Shown here piece by piece: positions 27,699 to 40,153 of a stretch of DNA of 64,000 bases (its first letter is position 1; the number at the start of each line of letters is the position of its first letter). The notes under the pieces were generated by a model. It saw only the letters and a list, made by a program, of their open reading frames with translations, searched no databases and was not told where the DNA came from. The DNA is taken from contig NC_043004.1 of assembly GCF_006345805.1 (NCBI RefSeq), positions 59,396,001 through 59,460,000 on the forward strand. Direction: 5' to 3'. The position numbers and the translations under genes were made by a program. The stretch is from Octopus sinensis (Eukaryota).

Positions 27699-27980
27699 TA
27701 ATTCGAGACAAAACCACTATTTTAAAACCAAACAAGGAAAGACTTAATCAATACATAAAATTTTAATATGAATTAAATAAACCGCCACTACAAATGTTTC
27801 ATGTCTGCTACCGACAATCTTCAGGTGGATTTTCGATCTTCTAATCAGTATCAAATTTTGATTGTCGGTAGCAGACATGAAACATTTGTAGTGGCGGTTT
27901 ATTTAATTTATATTAAAATTTTATGTATTGATTAAGTCTTTCCTTGTTTGGTTTTAAAATAGTGGTTTTGTCTCGAATTA
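27699..27980. repeat. inverted repeat, ~120-bp arms, 40-bp spacer, Penelope-like
   Basis: 27699-27819 is the reverse complement of 27860-27980; (TA)n on the left. Confidence 0.9.
27785..27828 (-). ncRNA. minimal type I hammerhead motif
   Basis: minus: CCAC CUGAAGA u uguc-gguagca-gaca u GAAA c-auuu-g UA GUGG. Confidence 0.55.
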
Positions 27981-28069
27981 TATTATATAATATTTTACTA
28001 TAAAATTGGATTTAACCCTAAATCTGATTTTTCCCTGTAATTTTGGATTCATTCCCTAATATTTATTAT

Positions 28070-28125
<56 letters not shown>

Positions 28126-28173
28126 TTTATATACATATGCATTACATATATATATATACACACGTATATATAA

Positions 28174-28217
<44 letters not shown>

Positions 28218-28220
28218 ATT

Positions 28221-28275
<55 letters not shown>

Positions 28276-29222
28276 TCTTTATACATGCAAACATACATAT
28301 ATACATAAATATCCCGAAACAAGGGAGGTCAGAGTCGACCTAGGTGGAATTTTAGCTCTGAACGTAAAGTTGGAAGAGATTTCGCTCAGTACATATTAAT
28401 GATACTCATAAGAATACAAATAAATTTATGACACTATGATATGTTGGTTTCAGACAGTTTCAAAATACATATATATCTACGTACACACACGTGCTCACAC
28501 ACGTGCTCACACACGTGTGCACCCATATACATATATGCTTATGCAAGTATATATATATATATGCATAAATATATGTGTATGTATGTATGTATGTATGTAT
28601 GTATGTATATGTGTCTGTCTGCTGACCGCCTTTGTGGTCAGTAGCATCTGTTCTGTTATGTCTCCCCACCCGGTCAGTTAAGCTGTTTCCATTTCCTTTT
28701 TCCTTGCGCTACCTTACTACACTGTCTGATATTCGAAAGATAGCACAACGGCAGAGAGTAAAAAACGAGATACGCGGATCATTCGCAGCTAATTTTGTTT
28801 GTTTTGTTTCAGTTGTGCTGTATAGACGAAAGGCTTTTGTCAATTGTACATTTATAATTCTATTTCTTATGTTACGTTCGTCCGATAGTCGTAAGAACCT
28901 TTCTGTTTGTCATTTCCTTGTGTTTATATATGTAAGTCTATTCGTTTGCCTTGCTCATGGACTTAATGCCTTTAGCTTAAATCCTTGGTCATACTTGTTT
29001 CGAGTAGTACCGAAGAGGATTGGGGAAAGCCCTGCAGACATTCCAGACCCCCGACTGAAGAAGCAATCGGCTGCGAATGATCCGCATATCATGTTTTGTT
29101 CTCTTTGCCGTTGTGTTATCGTCCTTTTCCTTCTTGTTATATTTTGACGATTTCCATGTATTGTTTTTACCTTGATAGATAGATAGATTGATAGATATAT
29201 AGATGTGTGTGCGTGTGTGTGT

Positions 29223-29373
29223 GTGATAATTAGTTGGTTGTCGTAATAGAACTCAGAGTTTCGGAGACCGGAGCTGAAGTCTGGTCTGACATCTCATGAT
29301 GTCATGCCGGAGCAGATTTCAGCCCCGGTATCTGAAACTCTGAGTTTTATTATGACAACCAACTAATTGTCAC
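29223..29373. repeat. 150-bp imperfect palindrome (MITE-like)
   Basis: ~60-bp arms around a central tgacatc-tcat-gatgtca hairpin. Confidence 0.8.
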
Positions 29374-29465
29374 ATATTATATTTGTAGATAAATTCCTCT
29401 ATTTTACATAATATCGAGGTCTCACCCATTCTTTTGTTGTCATATTGTTATTATTAATAGATATA

Positions 29466-29678
29466 TACTCTTTTACTCTTTTCCTTGTTTCAGTCATTTG
29501 ACTGCGGCCATGCTGGAGCACCGCCTTTAATCGAGCAACTCGACCCCGGGACTTATTCTTTTGTAAGCCCAGTACTTATTCTATCGGTCTCTTTTGCCGA
29601 ACCGCTAAGTAACGGGGACACACCAGCATCGGTTGTCAAGCAATGCTAGGGGAACAAACACTCACACACAAACACACA

Positions 29679-29754
<76 letters not shown>

Positions 29755-29920
29755 ATATGACGGGCTTCTTTCAGTTTCCGTCAACCAAATCCACTCACAA
29801 GGCTTTGGTCGGCCCGAGGGTATAGTAGAATACACTTGCCCAAGGTGCCACGCCGTGGGACTGAACCCGGAACCATGTGGTTGGTTAGCAAGCTACTTAC
29901 CACACAGCAACTCCTGCGCC
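29466..29920 (-). mobile_element. family-B SINE, full length
   Basis: head, body, (TA)n and tail on the minus strand. Confidence 0.9.
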
Positions 29921-30711
29921 TATATATATATATATATAAGCTCAGAAACTTAGAGGCAGTGTCTGGCGCTGAAACGAATGTTTGTATGAATATATATTCC
30001 CACACACACACTCATACTGCACACAAATATACGTCTATGTAACGTTTGCGGCGGGGTGGATCGATGCGTTTGTGTTCGCTCGAGTTACTTCCGGGTATGT
30101 GAATATGGGTTTTGTCATTCACCCCAAATATGATCAGATATTAAGAAGCAGACAAAATATTGCACTTGATATAACACATTTAGACATTTTCAAGTCTGTT
30201 CTCCAGTATGGCATTATTGTCACTATTTAAACAGTATGATTTAATAGTTGGACTACGGTCATACTGAACTTATGATAGAAAGACGTTGAGCTATCCTGCA
30301 ATATTTGCAAACACAGCCCCTCGTTCTTCTGTCTCACTCTACGTTTGAAAATCAGAAAAAAATCTGTGAAGCCGGTTAAGCCTAAACAAAGTACGCAAGT
30401 CTGTCAGTGCATTTTCAACTTTTTTGCTCTGTATTTTTACCCGTCTGGAGTAAAATAACTGTTTTTATATGTATATATATACATATATAGATGAAGAAAT
30501 AGAGAGATAATAGATAGGCAGATAGAAAGATGTAGTTACATAGATACATAGATAACTTCGTTATTTTGCACACACACTCACACACACATGTATATATGTA
30601 TGAATATACATATATATATATGTGTGTGTGTGTATGCCTGTATATATGTATAATTATATACATACATCATACATACATACATAAATATATATATTTATAT
30701 ATATATATATT

Positions 30712-30795
<84 letters not shown>

Positions 30796-30844
30796 AATAT
30801 ATATATATATATATATAATATATATATATATATGTATATAAATA

Positions 30845-30875
<31 letters not shown>

Positions 30876-31903
30876 TATATATATCACAAATTGGAAAATG
30901 GAGAACAATAGGTGGTTCATCAACTTTGGGACGTTTAAAACTATTAACTTATTTATTTATTAACTGATATTAATAATAACATACATACATATAACATATT
31001 ATTCTTTGAATATAAGATATAAAATATAAAATATAGTAATATATAAGGATACCAGTAATTATTATAAAAAATATCACACTTATATAACTTGTAGATTTTA
31101 GCACATTGACAACAACACAATAATGTATTAAAACCACTGCAAATGTTACATATACATTCAAAAATAACACGTTAATGTACACTCGTAAAGCAACAATGCT
31201 ATTCGGAACTGTATGTAGCATTATTATGAAAACTTTTCGGTGTTTTATTTATATATCTATTTATAATTTTGTTCATCATCTTGCCTGAAAATCATTTCAT
31301 ATTTGCATTTAACCAGCTGACACATTTTATTGATTCGAAAATGGATTTATCAATAAGAGAGAAAAGTTTTGCTAAATCGGAATCTACCGTTAAAAATCCT
31401 AGCTCCTACTGAGGCGATCGTTTCTATAATCCCTTGCTAAAGCATATTTAAAATGGCTGCGTAGCGAAGCGCAAAACACAGAACATATTCGTTTGATATT
31501 TAACATTATTACTTAAGCGGCTTAAGTGTGAAGGCAAGGTTTGCTGCCGTCAGCTCACTCGGAAATATCAATAATACTGTATTGGTACCGCTGTTGTGGT
31601 TGTTATTGAAATGAGAATCAGGCAGCACTAGTCGGCGCCCTCTCATATACAGAAATACATTCACACATAACAGATACGTTCATACTTACATGCGCAAATG
31701 CATACGTACCTACTTATATACATACATATACACACTTATCTACGTATGCAGAGAGATATCAGAAACCACTTAGATAGAAATGGACAAAAAGAAGAGAGTT
31801 TGGGGAAAACATTAACGAAATCCACTATTGAGAAATTCAAACAAAGCATTGGATTATAATTCTGAATATTCAGATTACGTATCAAACCGTATAAATGTAC
31901 GCG

Positions 31904-31947
<44 letters not shown>

Positions 31948-33929
31948 AATACATATACAAAAACATATGTGCATACATATATATTTATATATGTGTGTGT
32001 ATGTTGTGTGTGATTGTGTGTGTGTTAGTATACATATATATAACATCTACATATACACAAGCAAGCATAGTTATACATATCTTCCCAAACGCACACCAAA
32101 ACGAGGCATTAGAATTGTAGATAAGCCAGAAACAAGAATTATAGCCAGTAAAAATATCTTAGCCATCTGTGGTTCTCTGCTTACTATAAGACTAAAAGCC
32201 AAGAATCTATCAGATATAAACATCGTTCGATTTCTTGGTTCTATTCCCTTTGTTCTTTTCTTTTTACTGGTCATTGTGCATCAAGCTGTCGACCTGTTGA
32301 CAAGTGTAAGCACAATCAAGATGTCACAACAAACAGAAGATATGAAAGTGGTTTATTACGGCGAAAAATATTCAACCTTCTCCCCAAGATGTGACTTGAT
32401 TCCTTTATCATTATTCTGAGATTAGTACTAAAGATACAGCCGAATGTATCGAATAAACTTTCTTTTTATAAACTACAGCAATCAGGAATCGATAAAGTAA
32501 TCTACCTCCCCATCAAGGAATGGAAAAATTGATTATATTACTTACAAGTAGTTCGCAGTTTCCATGAACAGAAGATGGTGTATTACATAATGAAATATTT
32601 GCTACATTTATGAGTTTTCTACGGAATGTTTCCAGTGAAATTAGCTTGAACCCCACTTGGGTGCCACAATTGGTCCTGCACTGAACAATATATCTTCGGT
32701 TATTTTAGTTGGGTCTCTTTATGTTTCTGTATCGTAATCCAACTCCGTTGCACTTTACCTTTCATTCTCCGAGATTGATATAGAAATAGTAGTTAGCCAA
32801 ATAAGATCTGGTACTGTAGGATCGCTTGCATACGACGTGTCTTACCATAAATAACTTTAAACCGAGATTGACTATGCTTTGCTCAGTTCGACATGTGGAT
32901 TCCGTCCACAATCAGATAGAATTGGGATACTTGCGTTACAATTTCTGCGTTCAAATCCAACTCAGATCCATCTCACTTTTCAACGTTTCAAGAGTGACAG
33001 CAGAAACAGTATTTGATAAAATAAATAACGATGTTACTGTTATCAACTATACTGCAGAAAGTGTCTTATTTTTCGCTTAGTCAAACTTCACCAAGAACAT
33101 ACAGGCCCTTATTACAACCATGATCATCCGTATTATTTTTTACAGGCATAGTATAACTAGAACTACATTATCTAATGCACCCATATTTGTAAGACTGTGG
33201 GATATAAATGGTAGCAAATAAGGCACGTTGCACGACTTCCTATAGACAAAGCCATTGGCTTGCTTACAAAACAGGATCCCATTAAGGCAACGGTGCAATG
33301 AGCAGTGGAAGAATATAGTCGAAATCATGATCTTTTGAATGCAGTTATTCCTTCCTTCATCTATTTAATTTATTTCCTACTTCATCACTTTAACATTTCT
33401 GTTTAATTATATGTCTGTCATTCTATCTATCTATCTATCTATCTCTATATCTATCTATCTCACAATGGACGGACGCTAGTCATATCGGCTCCAAGTAAGT
33501 TGGCCACTTTTACATGTTTAAAACTCCTTGTTGTCAAATATTTTGTTTTAATCGTTGTGCAAATTCATTCACTAAAAAACCTGAGAATTATTCACGTAGA
33601 ATTCCGCCCCTGTATGGGCGAAATTACAAAAAAACTTTCAAAACTTTCGTGGGTTTTTTAGCCATTTTTCATTTTGAAAATGGCAACTAGAAAACCACGT
33701 GGCTAGCCCGCCAGTCATGCAGAACGGTAGCAAAACACTATTGCTACCACTAGCTGCTAAACATCGCAGCGTGAACACCGCTGTCACCACCATCCACCAC
33801 CACCAACAACAAACAAACAAATCTAACGTCGCATTCACCATCGCCGCGACCAAAGACATAACTTAGATTTCCCCTCACTCCCCACAACCACTTGTTGATG
33901 ATAAAGGGACAGAGAAAGGGATTTCAAAA

Positions 33930-35704
33930 ATGAATACAAACGACGAAAACATGAATGCCAGCACACCACATCACCCCACAACAACAACAACGAAATTGGC
34001 ACAAAGCCGCCTACCAAGAAAACACCGCCAACACCAACACCACTACTACGACGTCAAATGCTACATCCAAGCTTCTGCTGCTGCTAATACCGCCAACAAC
34101 AACACACCACTACCATGACTTCAATTAACACTGCCACATTAACACTTCTACTGCCAAATTCAAAACGAATTTTGCGGACGTAACAAAACAAAAAAGAACA
34201 ATGGTAACATTCACCACCAAGAGATAAACCGCACAAAGGCACTCTTCTCCAAAGAAGGAGACAAATTGCACCTTCATATTCCACAACACATCGTGGAAAC
34301 ACGCAAAAAAAAACAATAATTTATAAGTAATAAACAAAAAAACAGAAGAACAGAAAATGCACCGCAGGAAAAAATCGATAAATGCCTTCGTCCTGTATGG
34401 GACTCCAAGGAATATATCAGTTGGGGAAACAAATTTGGTACAGTCCAAGTACGTTTCCTCAACGAAAGTTTAGCAAAACGTTTTCCACATTGGAGCTACA
34501 TTCGGACGACTTGGTAATGATACCAGTCATTTAAACAAAAGGGTCACGAAAGTCCAATAAAAAAACATACCATTTGATGTCGAAACACAATGGGTGGTCT
34601 CTGCCATCTGCTTTGAAATGTCAGAGACAATGTCAGAGACAAACATCCTGGAAATCGCGGTTCTAGGAGAGAAAGACTATGTGGGCAAATCAATCGATTC
34701 CTGCTTCAATTGGATTGAAGCAGCAGAGAGAAGATACCCACCGCTATAGAACTGCCAGGAGGCTACAAACTCTATATAGTGGTAGAGGGCAGGCGACCAC
34801 GCTGCTATTTGTGTGAAGCGAAAACACACTTGAAAAAGACGTGCCCAACCACTGCACACCAAGAGCAACAACAACAACCACTACCACAACCCAAAGCACT
34901 CCGGAAAAAAAGCTCTACTACCCACACCACCATCAACACAGAAGACGACAAGAGAAGCACACAAGCTAATCCGTCATCAACAAAAAACCACTCCGACACC
35001 TGGAAAAATACCAACACTACCATCAACAGCAAAAACCCAAAGGAACAGAAAACAAAGAAAAACACACACAAAACTGATCCCCATCCCTTATACCGCACTC
35101 AACACACACAAACACTCAACAACCAACAACAACGAAAACAACAACACAACCACTTACACAGACATACATAGAAGCCCACAACATACCCTACCCCCTTCTG
35201 ATTCCTCAGAAATTTCGTCGGCAAGGACCAAGTCCCGGGAAACCCAGTGACGGAAACATGAGGAAGGCAAATAGCTACAAAAAGAAGGAAAATAAAGAGC
35301 AGAAACACAACCAAACCAAATGCAAACACGAACAAAGCAGGGGGAAATACATCTCCCGAAGACATTTCAAAACCCAACGCAAACACAGCCACACCAACAC
35401 CACAAAAACATATACAGCAAACATGCTCACAGCCATAGACACCAAAAACACAAATTTGATGGAATACATCCAATCAAAAAAAAAACATAACAGAAAGATG
35501 ACATAAAAACAAACAACCACCCATAAACAACACCACCAGACCACATCAAAATAATACACATCTCCAAAAGTCTGAACACACACTCAAAGGCATTTTCCCC
35601 AGTGCGGTGGTTAAATGCCAAAAAATATCTCACAAAGAAATGTACTGGATCTTCTCGAGGACAAACCAACGGAGGAGAAAGCAAAAACTTCGAGCAGTAA
35701 GTAA
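33930..35704 (+). pseudogene. ORF1 (gag-like, frameshifted; start uncertain), copy 1
   Basis: CYLCEAKTHLKKTC = CX2CX4HX4C at 34803-34844; Thr/Asn/Gln-rich; ends LLEDKPTEEKAKTSSSK*. Confidence 0.7.
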
Positions 35705-35730
35705 CCCTGTATTCTATTCATTAGAACTAG

Positions 35731-38700
35731 ATCAAGATTGGTTGTGTAAATGCGCGTGGCTTGGGGTCCCCTTGGAAAACAAGGGTACCTCTTAAATGAC
35801 ATAAAGTCAAATAAGTTAGAAATCATAGCCATAAGCGAGACCAGACTCCACAATCCGCGGGCCCTAAAGACCATGTTTGGCGGACAGTTCAACATTATTT
35901 TTCCCCCTGTCTGCCGAGAATGGGCGGTAGTGGCACCGCGGTACTTTTTCACAAGAGTCTGGATCTCAATGTAAGGACATATTCGTAGACCCGGAGGGTA
36001 GACTGGTCGTCCTGGATGTCGACGGCAGCAATGGGTGCGCTTTTCGGCTCGTATCAGTTTACGCACCGCCCTTAACAGGTCGGGCGGATTTCTTTCAACG
36101 TCTAGAAGTTTCTTGGGAACGTCTCGTCCTTTACTCTTAGTGGGGGATTGGAATGCTACCTTGGACACGCATGTAGACTACGTGGGTAGAGATAGGAATA
36201 GACGGGGATGCAAATGCCTCAGAGACTGCTCAGACGCTTTCAACTGTCTGACAGGTTCGACTAGACCACCGAATGCGCCAACCGTGGACATGAGCAACCG
36301 CATCGGGTCGTCGAGATCGTATCTAGATAGGATACTGTGTAGGACAGTAGATAGAGATAGCATAGGATGTCACAATTCCACATAGTCAGCTACACGGATC
36401 ACAAACTTGTGACATGTACGCTAGACTTAGGTAAGACACTTAGGCAGGGTCCGGATACTGGAAACTAAACGCGTCTTTCCCATCGAGACAAGTTTTCAGA
36501 GACCGGATTAGCACACTAGTAAAGAGGGCTTTGACGGGAGCCATCATCAAAAAAACAAATGGTGGTTTGCCCTCAAGAGAGCAGTAAAAGCAGAAGCGAT
36601 TAGGTACAGCAAAGCACTAGCCATAGATAGAAATAGAGTAGAGGGTGAGCTAGTTAAGAAGCTAGAAGAGGCAATTAGAAGCGGCATCGCATCCGACGTT
36701 TGGCGGCGAGGTTGGCCCTCGACCAACACTTCAACGCCAAACACGAAGGATGTGCTGTCAGAGCTAGGATGCGTGCTAAGGAACGAAGTGTTGGAGCCGC
36801 GAGAGAGGCCCGGGTGGCAGAGGCGCAACAGGGCAACAAAGCCACCATCGGTCACTGGTAGATGAACAGGGCGCGAATTGCTCGAGCCAAGTAAAATGTG
36901 TGAGGCCTTTCAGCAGCATTTTGCCCGACTGTTCGGAACGAGTGGAGGGCAAGAAGTGGTGGACTCAGTGCCTACCTACATAGCCTACCACGACTCTCGA
37001 CAAGAAAGGCAGGGTGCTGCGAAGGTGCCATCACGCGGCGGAAGTGCGGGAAGCGATGGCAGAATGCTCGAGGACAATCACCGGGTTTGGATGGTCTACC
37101 CTACGAGCTTTACAATTGTATGCCAGACTTGTTTGGAGATCTCTTGGCGGCGGTGTACTGCAACTGGCAGCAAAACGGGAGCATTCCTGGTTTTGTGAGC
37201 CGAGGAGCCGTAACACTGCTGAAGAAAGATCTAAAACAAGGGAAATGTAATAGATAACTTTAGGCCCATCACCTGCTTAATGCAGACTTGAAAATTTTGG
37301 CCAAGGTGCTAGCCAAGAGGTGGCGCTTGTCATCGAGAAACTGGTCGACAAGGCGCAAACATGCGCCGTGCCAGGCCGGACCATCCATGACAACCTCCAT
37401 CTGATGCGCTACATCATAGACAGGGTAGTTAACGAACCTGGCATGGGTGGGGCCCTGATCAACTTGGATCAATCAAAAGCCTTTGATAGGGTAGACCATC
37501 GATTACTTGGAGGCAGTCTGAGAGCGGCTGGTTTCGGTCCCGTCTTCCGCGGCTGGATAGCTGCCTTGTACAGGGGCATCCGTTCGGTAATTCGCGTAAA
37601 TGGACATCTATCGAGACCTTTCGACATTGCACGTTCGGTCCGTCAGGGATGCCCCCTCTCGGCGCTTCTATACGTATTGACTCTTGAGCCACTACTGCGG
37701 AAGCTGGCGACTCTAAGGGGCATCCCGCGAGAATTGGATGCGGGACGAGCGTGTCTGCATACGCGGGACGACGTCACCGTCATAGTGTCTAGCACGAGCA
37801 CATAGAGCTGGTCGGCGAGACACTGAAAAAACTACGAAGCGGTGACAGGAGCGAAAATCAACCGGGAAAAGTCAGTGGGCTTGCGACTAGGCACCTGGAG
37901 AAGCAACCCATGCCGTCCACCAGCGCCTCCGTCGGGACGCTGGACGACGCCCGGTTGAGTTGCTCGGGGGTGGTTTGGTCCGGACCTCCGAGTGGAGAAG
38001 AACTGGAACGAGATAACGAGTAGGGTGGTCACTCTCGCCCGGCAATGGGCCGAGAGGAAAACGTCCCTAAAAGGTCGAGCGGAGGTGGCGAACACGTACA
38101 TCGCGTCCGTATCTACTACCGCCTGACCGTCGTACCTTGTCCCGACCCTACCATCACCAAACTACAACGCATCCTCTTTCGCTTCTTGTGGAAAGGATGT
38201 GTCCCGATGGTCAGGCGATCCATTTGCTGTCAACACCCGTTAAAAGGAGGGCTGGGCATTGCCGTGGTTGATGATGCGCAGACACGCGCTGAGACTGCGA
38301 CATCTCTGGCTCTATGTAGACGACGGTGAACAGGTGTGGTCGCCGTTTGTGAGGCACGCTTTCCCGCAGCTCGTCTCCATGACCGAACTGCAGTCGTGGA
38401 TCAAAAAGAGGCCGAGGAAGGGCGAATGGCACCGCGAGTGTCGCGTTGCTCTCAAGCAACTCTGCCGTCCTGGGTCGACCTTAAGTGACTTCAACACAAC
38501 CAAAGCATTCTATAGGGGTTTAGTGGAGGGGAGGTACGACGACGAGCTCGGGGCGAACCTGGACGTCGACGAGGAGTACCTGACCCGCCTTCGGGACGAC
38601 TTTCGGCCAGGGCCCGGCCAACTTCCAGAGATCCCTGGCCTGGCAGTGCTACCGAGAAGCGCTACCCGTTCGGGATAAGCTCTACAGACACGGCTCGAGA

Positions 38701-39136
38701 AAACACGGGCCGACCTGCCCGAGATGCGGTCAGAGCGACGAAACCGTTCTGCACGCACTCGTTCAGTGTCCAACAATTTCCGACCTGTGGGCTTATGTCG
38801 AAAAAAACTGCTGTCACGTGTGGACGAGTCGGTTTATCAGCTGAGGTCTATCGTCAATATTGTCACGCCTCTTCCTTCAAACGGGAAGGAAGAGCTATTT
38901 TCATCATCCTTGTGGCTATGGCGAAAGAATGTATCTGGTGGACGCGTCTGAAAGGATGGAGACAAAACACTTTCCTCTCTGGTCAACTCTCTCATCAACT
39001 TCTCAAGTACCACTTGAAAAGGAAAGTGAGAGTAGAGAGGCAAGTTTTGTCTAGCGAATGTTTTAAAAAAAGATGGGTGAATGTAGCAAGAATGGCACGT
39101 ATGAATGACGAAGCCACCTTGAGCATAGTCCTATGA
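35731..39136 (+). pseudogene. ORF2 endonuclease/reverse transcriptase (many frameshifts), copy 1
   Basis: IKIGCVNARG, GDWNATLD, SYLDRI, AQTCAVPGRTIHDNL, DQSKAFDRV, SVRQGCPLS. Confidence 0.9.
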
Positions 39137-39535
39137 ACCCAGAAATCGAAAACAGAGAGTTGCTTATTGCAAAAAAAAAAAAAAAAAAAAAAAGAAATAT
39201 AAATGTGACTTCATTGACCGAGGTTACCGTGGTCTTTTCCGCAGGCTTTTCTTTCCACGGGTAAACCTCACCTGTCCTCCCCTTTACACTTCATATTGAC
39301 ATTTCTTGATAACGATCCCTATTGATCATTTTTTTTCCTCTCCCCCCCTTTTTTTTTTTTTTTTTTTTAACCCCCCTTATTTTTGTCCTCTTTCTCTCCT
39401 TTTCGATCCCTTTTGATCGAAACTCCCCTTCCTATTTTTTCTTTTTTTGTTTTTTTTTTTTAAACCTTCAAAGAAAAGCTCTACCTTGTAATTTGTTCTA
39501 TCTGTGTGCAGCCCTGTGTGGCTAATAAAGAAACA

Positions 39536-39619
39536 TATCTATCTATCTATCTATATATCCTATTATCTATCTAATATCTATCTATCATCTATCTGTCTGT
39601 CTATCTATCTATCTATCTA

Positions 39620-39659
<40 letters not shown>

Positions 39660-39680
39660 ATCTATCATCTATCTATTATC
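39536..39680. repeat. (TATC)n between the two Tx1-like copies
   Basis: direct. Confidence 0.95.
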
Positions 39681-40153
39681 GACGGAGTGATGTCAGTTCG
39701 GTCCGAAGGTTAATCGTTTATTGACTATTTATAGCCCTATTTTGTGTACATTTTTGTAATAAGGTGTGTAAGGCACCCCAACTTTCGTTTGAGTGCTTTT
39801 CCAAGGGAGGAATTCGCCCCTAGGGGCAGTTTCAACCCTATTTAATTTGTGTAATTTCCTTTTCGACATTTTGAAAATGTCGAGAAATTGTATTGCAGAA
39901 CGATGGTCGCGTTCCTCTGTCGACCATCATTTTCCTAGTCTAGAAACGCTAGGAGAAAAAAAAGAACCTATGCACGCAAAGTGCAAACATAAATGATTTT
40001 GGAATAAACTCTGCAACCACTTGTAGTAACAGCCCTGTCACCACCACCACCACCACCACCATCAGCATCGACAACAACAACAAATACAAAACAAAGGTCG
40101 CAAGGCCAAGCACCGTCAACACCACTAGCGAGTCCAACACCGACAACAACACC

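Larger units (their letters stand above)
33461..39535 (+). mobile_element. Tx1/L1-clade non-LTR retrotransposon, copy 1 (near full length)
   Basis: ORF1 with CCHC knuckle, ORF2 APE-RT-zinc finger, 3' UTR ending aataaagaaaca; (TATC)n on both sides. Confidence 0.92.
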
